Source of the DNA: Octopus bimaculoides
Lineage: Eukaryota
Assembly (NCBI RefSeq): GCF_001194135.2
Contig: NC_068991.1
Coordinates: 26,712,052-26,776,051 of the forward strand
Direction: 5' to 3'
DNA: 64,000 bases
The position numbers and the translations under genes are program-made. A model generated the notes under the pieces. The model saw only the letters and a list, made by a program, of their open reading frames with translations. It had not been told where the DNA came from and ran no database searches. Positions 52,866 to 64,000 of this stretch are shown piece after piece (position 1 is the stretch's first letter; every line of letters starts with the position of its first letter).

Positions 52866-52900
<35 letters not shown>
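52770..52900. repeat. (GAT/GAC)n microsatellite
   Basis: Direct inspection. Confidence 0.95.
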
Positions 52901-52902
<2 letters not shown>

Positions 52903-53971
52903 GCTTACGGAAAGAATATCAACTTCAGCATTCGGGTTAGTCTCTCCTTTGTCAAGATAGATATGGTAAAACAAAAGTCGTTGCGGTAAAGCATGAACTG
53001 TGTTATCGAAACATTTGATAAATAATGGCAGAGTTGAGATGGTACGGATGTAGGAGCGTCTATGAGGGTTTTGAGAGAAAAGAGCATGTTGTAGTAAAGT
53101 GTGTTAACGTCAGTCATGTACTAAAAGAAGTAGGTTGGTGAATGCGTATGTGGCTTTAGTAAAATGAACAGCTTGTAGCGATGATGTTGCTGTACTAAAA
53201 CATGTTTCGACATGAAGGCTACGTATTCGTCCCTAGGTAGCGATATACTGTGTTTCTTTATGAACAACTAAGACGTGGTAAGAACGGGTGATACAAAACC
53301 ATGCGCATTTGCGCGCATGCGCATTTTAGAATGTATATCTCAATGAGCTTCTTGCGTGTATTTTATAAGTTTAGAGAATGCCAAATATTTATTGACGACT
53401 CTAGAAATTCCGCTTTTCCTATGTGAAAAGTTAACTGTTTTAAGTCGGGTAGTAAGGTTGCCGTATGTTGTGGTAATCCACAAATAACAAGACGATGTGA
53501 CAAGCAGAACTGAATACGCTAGCATTAGATTTCAACGATCGGGGCTATTTTGCTGGACGATTATAATTATGAGCTCTAATGAAGGGAAACAATCGATTTA
53601 TAAATCGAGCATCTCGGTTTGAAATCATATTATAGGTCTTGTACAAAAACCACATCCAAATGAAAGTAAGTCTTCCGATAGGCAGACATTCAATAACTAA
53701 ATTAGCTGAACTTTTTTCATAATTATGTCTCGTTTCTCCATACTAATTCACTAACCGTAACGCAACATTCTCATAGATTGAACAAAATCGCTACATGAAA
53801 TATATCACATTCGCAAATGTTATTCGACACAAAGATTACTCTGACACCCTTCACCTTAAGAGTGTTAAATACAGTGTCTGGTATTTAACACTCTGTTCCA
53901 TTACATTCCTCACTAGAACATTATCTCCATCTGCATTTTACCATGCTCTCCTCAAACTACATATGTTCATT

Positions 53972-54179
53972 CTTTTCTACGCTTGGCACAAGGCTCGAAA
54001 TTTTTAGAGAGGGGAGGGGGCAGTCAATTAGATCAACTCCAGTACGCAACTGGTACCTAATTTATCGACCCCAAACGGATGAAAGGCAAAGTTGACCTCG
54101 GCGGAATTTGAACTCAGAACTTAAAGTCAGACGAAATACCGCTAAGCATTTCGCCTGGGGTGCTAACGTTTCTGCCTTA
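53972..54179 (-). mobile_element. SINE family B, tail type 1, head partly deleted
   Basis: Family B core; perfect 18-bp TSD aaactacatatgttcatt (53954-53971 / 54180-54197). Confidence 0.92.
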
Positions 54180-55631
54180 AAACTACATATGTTCATTGAC
54201 TAATATAAACACTCCACCGCACCCCTAAACATACCTATGAAGGAATACACGCATTCATAGATGATTAGATGATGAGTGCCTCTATGTATGTGCGTTACGC
54301 ATCCGCGTATTAGTTGTTATGTCACGATAAAAAGACGGGAAAGTATTTAAATCAATTTAGTATTCATATTTTCTATTAAGTTGGCGTTTGACGAGTAGAA
54401 AACTGGCGCAATATTAATTCCGAATTTTGGAACGAATCTACAAATTTGTAGATTAGGATAATTCGATTTCGTGGTTTGATGTTAATTTACTTGGCGTCCG
54501 AATTAAAGTAAATTGGTTTATACCGTTAAATAAACTGAATTGGCTTCAGCAAACCAATTATTGCTCTCTCAAGCACTGTATCTGCATAATAAAGGGTTAA
54601 GAGATGGACTTAACACATCACGTACACTCAGATACACATAGGAGAGTCATCATATTCTAGCTATTTGATAAGAGTAGAAATGTTATATATTTAGTCAGTG
54701 AATATATCAGCCTATAGTGAGAACAATAATTGAAGAGTTATTCTTCATTTGTACAGACTATAACGTAGATTGGGTTTCAACATGATCATAACTACTCTGA
54801 GACGCGCGTTATATACGAACGTAGGGAGCTTATTAATTGTCAAAACAAAACAAAAACATAACTCATCAAACGATTCAATACTGGTAACCTTATACGGTAA
54901 AACGGCATTAGTTAGTATCTCGAATCTTATGTTGAATACATGTGCAAGAGACAAAACGTGAGTCGCAATGATACCTAGTCTGTGAGAGAAGACAAATTCT
55001 GCAGGAATTGGTCTGAATTAACCAGCGCATGTCACAATTTAGGGGTGAGCTTCTTAGCCACACAACGCAAGCACAATATAAACCAACAATACTTCTGTTT
55101 TTTTATTTCATAATTTCCATTGACATTATTGCGCTGCAATTTAATTTTTTTTTTTTTATCTAAATTTTGAAATAAATAACTCATATGAAAACATTAGATT
55201 GTTTGTTATCAGCTGACAAATTTAAAAATACATAAACAATTTTGCATCACAAGATCACTAAGTAACGAACAACACATCTTAAATCATTGTCCAAAATCTG
55301 CATTATATTGAGCAACAAAATTATATCAACTTTATACTATCACCAGAGACGTTATTTTATAGAGGTAAATAACGTAGATGTATTGTATAATTTCAAAGAT
55401 ACATCAAAACTATCGCAACAAATTATCGTTAATAACCAGAATAACAGCATTGCGTGAATGGTAATTGCAGTATATATCTTCTGGAAAAATTGTTACCAAA
55501 ATTCTCAATTTTAATATGTATTTTCACTAAAATAGAGAAGCAACTAAGATTACAAATTGGTTTATAATAATGGAATAAGCGGATGTGTTTCAAGAGGAAA
55601 CAGCTGTGATATAATATACCTACACACACAG

Positions 55632-55823
55632 ATGGCTATAGGAACGAGAATGGGCACCCTCTATGCGAACCTGTTCGTTGGCTACGTTTAGGCCCAAATA
55701 TTCTCACAATTCACTGGACCCACTCCTGAGCTTTACGATCATTATATCGATGACTGTATCGGCGTGACCACACTCACCCGCGAACAACTGGACTCCTTCC
55801 TCTCCTTTGTTCAATCCTTCCAT
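55632..55823 (+). pseudogene. Penelope-like element reverse transcriptase fragment (catalytic core)
   Basis: Translates to MAIGTRMGTLYANLFVGYV*AQIFSQFTGPTPELYDHYIDDCIGVTTLTREQLDSFLSFVQSFH: the PLE signature (A)MGT.MGP.YANLF plus YIDD. Missed by the ORF track because of one stop. Confidence 0.85.
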
Positions 55824-56239
55824 ATAATATAAATAATGTAAACATACACTATATATATATATATATATATATATACATGCATATAGGGGAGAATTCACAA
55901 AAAAACAAAAGACGGAGACAGGTAGTGTAGACAACAAACAGATGTATTAGTTTAACGCTCGGGAATGTATATAAATACATGTTAATAAACAATCGGTGTT
56001 TTTTTCTAATCATTTTCTTGTCTTTTCTTTCTCTCTATCTCTCTATCATCTTCTCTATTTCTTTTTCTCCCTTTCCTTCTTTGCTGTCCCCTGTCTGTCT
56101 TTCTTTCCTTCTCCCTTCTCTTCAGTCCCTTTGTTTCTTTCCCCTCATCCTCTCTCTTGTACCCCTTTCTCTCCCTGCCTGGTGCTCACTCGTTTTTCTT
56201 GTCTGTATAAACGAGTGAATAAATATATATATATATTCA

Positions 56240-56676
56240 CGGACCCAGAAATCAGCTGGAAAGATTTTGACTCATAGTTTTGGGAAAAAGACGGAGTACT
56301 CCTCATAAAGTGTCAGTTAAAGAGTTGTGCCAGCAAACACAGCACATGAAACTACGGAAAATACGTAACTTCAGCCTCGAATTGTTAGACCATCCTACTT
56401 CCTCTCCTAACTTGGTCTCCTCCAATCTCCTTACCTCTTTCCTCAAGTGAGAAAACATCTCAAGGGAACGAAATTGAATTCCGATTTAGAAGTAATGGCT
56501 GCTACAAAGGATTGGTTGAAGGCTCGAAATTCCGAGTTCTTTTTACAGGGCTTAGATAAATTAGAGGAACGATAAGTGTTGGAATCTGATAGGGGAATAT
56601 GTTGATTAAAATCATAATTAACTGATCCTCCTGTATTTTCCTTTACCCAAAGCCAGGAGCACTTCAGCACCCATTG
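56240..56676 (+). mobile_element. Mariner C-terminal fragment (irritans-like), internally deleted
   Basis: SAGKIL..FW..DGVLLI.. YLFPQVRKHLKGTKLNSDLEVMAATKDWL..EFFLQGLDKLEER..GEYVD; 3' end ..acttcagcaccc. Confidence 0.75.
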
Positions 56677-57608
56677 TGTACATATANNNNNNNNNNNNNN
56701 NNNNNNNNNNNNNNNNNNNNNNNNNNNNNNNNNNNNNNNNNNNNNNNNNNNNNNNNNNNNNNNNNNNNNNNNNNNNNNNNNNNNNNNNNNNNNNNNNNNN
56801 NNNNNNNNNNNNNNNNNNNNNNNNNNNNNNNNNNNNNNNNNNNNNNNNNNNNNNNNNNNNNNNNNNNNNNNNNNNNNNNNNNNNNNNNNNNNNNNNNNNN
56901 NNNNNNNNNNNNNNNNNNNNNNNNNNNNNNNNNNNNNNNNNNNNNNNNNNNNNNNNNNNNNNNNNNNNNNNNNNNNNNNNNNNNNNNNNNNNNNNNNNNN
57001 NNNNNNNNNNNNNNNNNNNNNNNNNNNNNNNNNNNNNNNNNNNNNNNNNNNNNNNNNNNNNNNNNNNNNNNNNNNNNNNNNNNNNNNNNNNNNNNNNNNN
57101 NNNNNNNNNNNNNNNNNNNNNNNNNNNNNNNNNNNNNNNNNNNNNNNNNNNNNNNNNNNNNNNNNNNNNNNNNNNNNNNNNNNNNNNNNNNNNNNNNNNN
57201 NNNNNNNNNNNNNNNNNNNNNNNNNNNNNNNNNNNNNNNNNNNNNNNNNNNNNNNNNNNNNNNNNNNNNNNNNNNNNNNNNNNNNNNNNNNNNNNNNNNN
57301 NNNNNNNNNNNNNNNNNNNNNNNNNNNNNNNNNNNNNNNNNNNNNNNNNNNNNNNNNNNNNNNNNNNNNNNNNNNNNNNNNNNNNNNNNNNNNNNNNNNN
57401 NNNNNNNNNNNNNNNNNNNNNNNNNNNNNNNNNNNNNNNNNNNNNNNNNNNNNNNNNNNNNNNNNNNNNNNNNNNNNNNNNNNNNNNNNNNNNNNNNNNN
57501 NNNNNNNNNNNNNNNNNNNNNNNNNNNNNNNNNNNNNNNNNNNNNNNNNNNNNNNNNNNNNNNNNNNNNNNNNNNNNNNNNNNNNNNNNNNNNNNNNNNN
57601 NNNNNNNN

Positions 57609-57750
57609 TTTCTGTTGCTATTCCATAATGTTGGCATAGCTTCCAGTGTATATAGGTCCCAGCTCTGTCGTATCTGTGAATATATTCCTTCTTAGCCAGG
57701 ACTGGGCAGCCAGAGATAATATGATTTATTGTCTCTTGTCGATCTCCACA
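57609..57750 (-). mobile_element. Second R4/Dong-type fragment (zinc-knuckle region); rest lost in gap
   Basis: CGDRQETINHIISGCPVLAKKEYIHRYDRAGTYIHWKLCQHYGI; its 5' truncation abuts a (TAA)n array. Confidence 0.85.
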
Positions 57751-57930
<180 letters not shown>

Positions 57931-58537
57931 TTCGTATTTTTGGCAAAAAAAATATACCCTGTAAGGAAAGAGAGAAGATAAACGAAAAGAATGGAATGAG
58001 GAATAAAGGAAAAAAACTGGAAGAAGCGTCTTTTTTTGCCATTCAAATTGGCTTATATGTATACATGTGTGTGGATATATATATAACATGAGGGGCTTAC
58101 TTTACTTGTGATTTAAACGAATATGTACGCTAGATAATTGCATCAGTTGGTCGACCGTTAGGTTCCAAGACCACAGCTGAGGCTGGATCTAGGGTTCCGT
58201 TACAACAAGTATATATTATATTAGCAGTAAAAAAAAAAAGCAGTCATGTTGTGTTTGGTGGGATTTTGAGGGAGTGTTGTGCTTTGAGCGTGTTCCAAAC
58301 GGTTATGCTAACCTTTATTCTCAAGAAATGCAGTAAGCATATGATGCTTTGAACGCCTGGTGCCAGGAATTGCTCAGTCGAAGCCGCGAACTCCTACAGC
58401 ATGACATTACATACTGCCAATATTATCAGGCGCAAACTTGAGAAAGCTGTGAGTTTGGAAGTGTTGTTTCTCCCTGCATTCTGTTCAGGCCTTGCACCAT
58501 CAGGCTGAACCTTCTTCGAGCTGAGCGAAACCTTGAG

Positions 58538-58700
58538 AGTGGATTTGGTAGACGGAAACCGTGTCTGTATTTGTCCCCCATCATTGCCTGACAACCAACT
58601 TTGGTGTGTTTCTGTCCATGAAATATCAGCGGTTCAGCAACAGCGACCGTTAGATTAAGTGACAGGCTTTAAAAAAGTCATAGGGTCGATTTGTTATATA
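58538..58700 (+). mobile_element. SINE family C, degraded internal fragment
   Basis: ccttgagagtggatttggtagacggaaac..tttgtcccc..tgacaacc..ggggtcgattt-like motifs. Confidence 0.65.
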
Positions 58701-59500
58701 TATATATATATATATATATAAATTTAGTAAATGGAGTAAAACGCATATGTCAACTGAATACTTTTATTTCCAACATATGTTTCGAAAATTACAAATTATA
58801 ACTTCCATAGGAATAGGTGATGTTGATAAGAATGTAATCTTCTCTTCAGGGAAATGCATGCTTAACCGTTAGACGTTTGAACCGAATATGATAACTGTAG
58901 TTAGAGAAGACTGTTACGTAATTTATTTGAAATAGTCGTTGGAGGTTGGGACGCTACTAGACAGTACGTTGGGCAAGAAGGGAAGAAAAGAAGGAAATAA
59001 AAAAAGAAAATTTAGAGTATAAAATTGGGAGATAAGATGGTTTAAATCCGATAAAAATTGGAGAGGGATGTTTTATTTATAATGGGACCGTAAAGGGGAG
59101 TTAATCTTGTATTTCTACAAATAGTGTTGACATAAATGCGCATAAGCATATATACATGTATACGCATATATATATACACAATATACAGAGAGAGAGAGAG
59201 ATACACACACACACACACATCTCTCTCTCTCTCTGTATATATANNNNNNNNNNNNNNNNNNNNNNNNNNNNNNNNNNNNNNNNNNNNNNNNNNNNNNNNN
59301 NNNNNNNNNNNNNNNNNNNNNNNNNNNNNNNNNNNNNNNNNNNNNNNNNNNNNNNNNNNNNNNNNNNNNNNNNNNNNNNNNNNNNNNNNNNNNNNNNNNN
59401 NNNNNNNNNNNNNNNNNNNNNNNNNNNNNNNNNNNNNNNNNNNNNNNNNNNNNNNNNNNNNNNNNNNNNNNNNNNNTATATATATATGCACACACACACA

Positions 59501-59537
<37 letters not shown>

Positions 59538-60172
59538 ACACACACACACGCACATCACACACACATGTATATATATATAGACTGCTTATGTGTGTATTTA
59601 TCTAAGAATATACAGAAACCAACTTTTATTCTTACTAATTTCATTTGCTATATTCTGACCTTTTCATTTACTACTGTTACACAGATATGATCCAATGGTA
59701 AAAGTAAAATTATGATGCAGTTTATGCCTCTAACAATAACAATAAAAGACAAATATATGCTTTAATAAAACATAAGACTAAAACTTTGAAACGAATTCAT
59801 TGTCAGTAACTCGATAGACATGCTACAATATGGTTGGAGATTTGATAAAGCCGATTGCATACGTATGCTATTTTGTGTTTTATTCAACTCTTTGAAAAGA
59901 AAATTATAATAAAATTTTATGTTTCATATTCGCTTTGGAAAGATACAAACACAGAAATGGAATGATCAAGGTTTTGTTATATAATCAAAACAAAATATCT
60001 ACTAGCATACTTTAAATACCCATTGTGATAGTTTTATGGTATTTTACGAGTTTTTAAAGCTTATGTAAATGTAAAACAACATTTAAAATATAAAGAATCT
60101 ACGTTCTAAATACATTATCATTTACGACAATATACATGCATACATACATACAAATATGCACATAAAAATATA

Positions 60173-60212
<40 letters not shown>

Positions 60213-60248
60213 ATACATATATATGTATTTATACACATATAAATGTAT

Positions 60249-60328
<80 letters not shown>

Positions 60329-60617
60329 GCGTGTGCATAAATATGTATATACCTATATGTATATATATTCATGTTTATACGCACACATATATAAATACCC
60401 GTATATTTGTATATCTATCTATATGCATGCACATGCAAGAGTATTTATTGTGAGCTCACTTCTATATAATTTTGTATTAAATGCATATGTAACATAGTTA
60501 TATAGGTATACATTTGAAAATATGCCTTCGTCCTTAATCTGTCTATTTAAGCAAACACACACACATGTACTTGCGAATATGCAAATATTTTCATATGTAC
60601 ATAAATACCTACATACC

Positions 60618-60677
<60 letters not shown>

Positions 60678-61819
60678 CAAGAGATAGTCTTTTAGACGTC
60701 TCATGTATATGTGTGGGTGTGTGTGTGTATGTATGTATGTGTGTATTGATGTATGCACACATCCATGTATAAATGTCTATATGTACTTATATACGCATCC
60801 ACTCACCTCTCCATCGATACGTTGTATAACTAAGATTCTTAACAGCAAGACAGTTTGTTATTGCATGAAACAACAAAACCTGTGTGCATGCTCTTAATGT
60901 TGCTTTATTTTATAATAAACATACATCATATTGAATTTATCTATAGCAAGCAATGAACTAGAACAAATGGCTGGAATATTTTAGCTTAATTATATCTGAG
61001 AATGTTTATAGTTTAAAAAAAAATATTTTTAACCTTATAAAAGCGAGTAAGTTTTGTAAACTGTCAAATGCAGACCGTTCGATTTTTGTAGTTTTTTTAT
61101 TAGCCCGAGTGAAAGAAAGAGGCGGAGGAATGCATTTGTGTATCCAAAAGTACTTATAAAGTATACTTGCAGGAATATAAACAATCTAACGTTTATATCA
61201 CCAGAACATATGTGAATATGTATTTGTGTGTGAGTGTGAGTGTGTGTGTATGTGTTTGTGCTTAATGTGTTTGTATGCATATACACACATATATAGACTC
61301 ACCATCACACAGAGCTTCCTCTCTCTCTGTGTTTCCTCTTAAGTATTTATGAATCAAGCCATACATGACGGCGATGCCTTTTCAGTTAGTTCCATAATCT
61401 GATTTGTCACTCTCCAACAGAGAATATCCAGCTATGAGCTTTTCCGTTTTATCTATACTCTAACGGTTGTTTTTGGTTTTACAGGTCCTGATGCTGTTGC
61501 TGTCAGCTTCTGTTCCCCTGTTCCTCTGTTGTCTCGAACTCGGGATATTGCCATGCAAAAAGCACCTACTAGTTGACGAAATTATTAAGCGTCCGCATGT
61601 CTCATTTACAAACATACTTTTAATGCAGATGGATGATGCAATGTTGTTCTGTTTTTTGCTTGGAAGTCTGCAAAAAGAAGTCTCTCTGAATTCAGGATGT
61701 TGCATGCTATAAATATAACAGGCAGTGCACATTTCTCTGCCTGAGAACAGAGCACTCGATTGGTAATGGTCATATAACATTTCCAGGTTAAGCACATGCG
61801 TACGTTCGCATTCATAACA

Positions 61820-61969
<150 letters not shown>

Positions 61970-62145
61970 ATGGGCCTCAGTCGTAATTTTCTGCCATGAA
62001 TTTTCATTACTTTGATCAAATCATCCATCTGCTCCTCAAGTTACTGTACATGTTCCTGAATATTCTACACACGCGTTTACCCTTAATGTAAATCATGTGA
62101 AGCAATACGTGACATATTTAATCCTGTTAGATTTTCGTTTTAATC

Positions 62146-62534
62146 CAGTGGTTCTAAACTACTTTTTACCTGTGTTCCCGTTTGATTACTGTTTTATTCT
62201 GTTGAACCCCCATAGGCATTCGTTGTTTTAGAAACTAGTTTTAAAGACGCTTCTTTCTACATTTCTATTCTGTCTCCCATACACTCATTTGTGTGTGTCT
62301 GCAGCAGCGCTCTCTGAGAGAACGTAATTCAGTGGCGAGAAACTTGTTGAATTAAGTTGATTATGAGAGAAAGAAATCTAATTGTTTCTTGCAATAAATA
62401 CGACTAAATTAAATTGTTTTCAGGGGACCTTAAATACTACTGTGGATTCCCAATTTACTATATTGTTTGTGTATGCCCTCAAAACTCTTATAAAGATCCA
62501 TCAGGAGTCATATAACTCCAGATTAGAACCACTG
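62146..62534. mobile_element. hAT (Charlie-like) MITE, 389 bp
   Basis: TIRs CAGTGGTTCTAAACT / revcomp CAGTGGTTCTAATCT; 8-bp TSD ttttaatc (62138-62145) / tttaaatc (62535-62542). Confidence 0.88.
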
Positions 62535-62719
62535 TTTAAATCCAGTCTCCGAGCTTCTACGCATCCTCATCAGTTTGAAGATACGATGACAAGGTCTAAG
62601 CAGTTCTATACGAAAAAATAAATGGCAAAAATGTCACGCACTAGTTTGAACGCGAATTACAGTAATGCGAGTGGTATTTAATCCTTCAAAGTCCATGTAC
62701 ACGCATGCATATATGTATG

Positions 62720-63300
62720 TACTAACTCTTGGACCCGGCGCTGCTCATGTTTTCTGTGTTGAAGTTAAGCCCACCTCTGACCTTGTATTGAAATCCTCTA
62801 CGTTTCCCGTGCCAACTATTACCCATTAAAATGTTATATCTAGTTCGGCAGGCTCTTGCAGGATGAGTAGATGTGTGGCAAGCAGAGGGAAAATGGTCAG
62901 AGCAGGCGACAGAGTTTTGTTGACGGAGCGGGGTTTTTGCAGCGGACGACAACATTGTGTGCTTATATCATTCAATAGGGCTTGAAAAGCACACAAATAC
63001 AAATACGCATTTTCTTAGAGACTATTCTATCGATTTAGTTGAAACTTTACACGTGAAAAATGCAAAAGCTGCAGGAAAAATTACATTGTTATGGGAATTT
63101 TCATTCAAACGTCCGACTGAGCTCACAAAAATCAATGTCAACTGAGCATTATCGGGGTTTCGAAAAATTCCGGCCTTATTTGAACTTCAGAGCATGTGAT
63201 CTACCTATGTGCCAAAAATCATTATAATCGGTTGGACGGTGTGGGAGGAGTTAGAGTAACATCAAACACACACACAGACAGACACCATTACATATTTATG
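62720..63300 (+). mobile_element. Non-autonomous Helitron/Helentron-associated (HINE/DINE-1-like) element
   Basis: 5' actaact..gacccggcgctgctc and 3' gtgccaaaaatcattataatcggttggacggtgtgggaggagtt..acacacacagacagaca..tttatgtgt ends typical of these families; no ORF. Confidence 0.55.
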
Positions 63301-63923
63301 TGTATGTATGTATGTATGTATGTATGTGTATGTGTGCTTGTGTGTGTCTGCGTATGCGTAAAAGTGTGTGCGCCCCTGTATGTGTGTGTCTGCAAAAACA
63401 CTGGTACCTAAAATGTACTTATTCTCTGAACTTACATGTTGAAAGATATTCTTTTTACAATAAGTATGTAATAAGGAAAATGTCATCGCATCTCTTTTTT
63501 TATAATTCAGCCTCAAAGCCGAACATATCCGGATATACTTGAACTTACTATCAATATAAATATGTTCAATTTGTTACACATCAAAATAGATTTCAACGTT
63601 AAATTATTGTAAAGTACTATTATAATAGATATATCAATAACGATTTCGTTGTAATAGCAAAACTTCTTTTGGTGATAGGCACATTAGCGATGTGATACAA
63701 TAACAGTGGCAGCAAATATTAGATTTAAAGCAATATCATATGGCATTACTGATATATAAATATGAAATGACGTTTAGTTAAAAAGTCAGGCTATATTTTC
63801 ACTATACTTGCGGAATATTTATTCGTATAATTACTATTATGTATGCATGTATGTATATATCTTTCTTTCTTTCTTTCTATGTATCTATCTATCTAAAATC
63901 TCTGTCTCTGTCTCTCTCTTTCT

Positions 63924-64000
<77 letters not shown>

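Noticed and set aside
52739-52960. Poly-Asp ORF
   Set aside because: Simple (GAT/GAC)n microsatellite with no flanking coding signal.

Overview
AT-rich, microsatellite-dense, gapped eukaryotic genomic DNA with no recognisable intact host protein-coding gene. The repeat families (three tRNA-derived SINE families, (CA/TA/GA/TAA)n tracts) suggest an octopus (coleoid cephalopod) draft assembly; the species assignment is inference. The window is a transposon graveyard. It holds several mariner remnants, a maT/DD37D element, a Chapaev3-like transposase pseudogene, a hAT MITE with 8-bp TSD, and Helitron/HINE-like pieces. It also holds two R4/Dong-type non-LTR retrotransposon fragments sitting in TAA arrays, a Gypsy gag remnant fused to one of them, and a Penelope-like RT fragment. 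Most long ORFs in the supplied track are artefacts of microsatellites or N gaps. The most notable observation is at 18.2-18.7 kb: a tRNA-headed, SINE-like element carrying two tandem type I hammerhead ribozyme motifs 210 nt apart, with a short inverted copy between them. This looks like a Pol III-driven, Penelope-parasitising retrozyme/SINE hybrid that could yield self-cleaved or circular RNAs.
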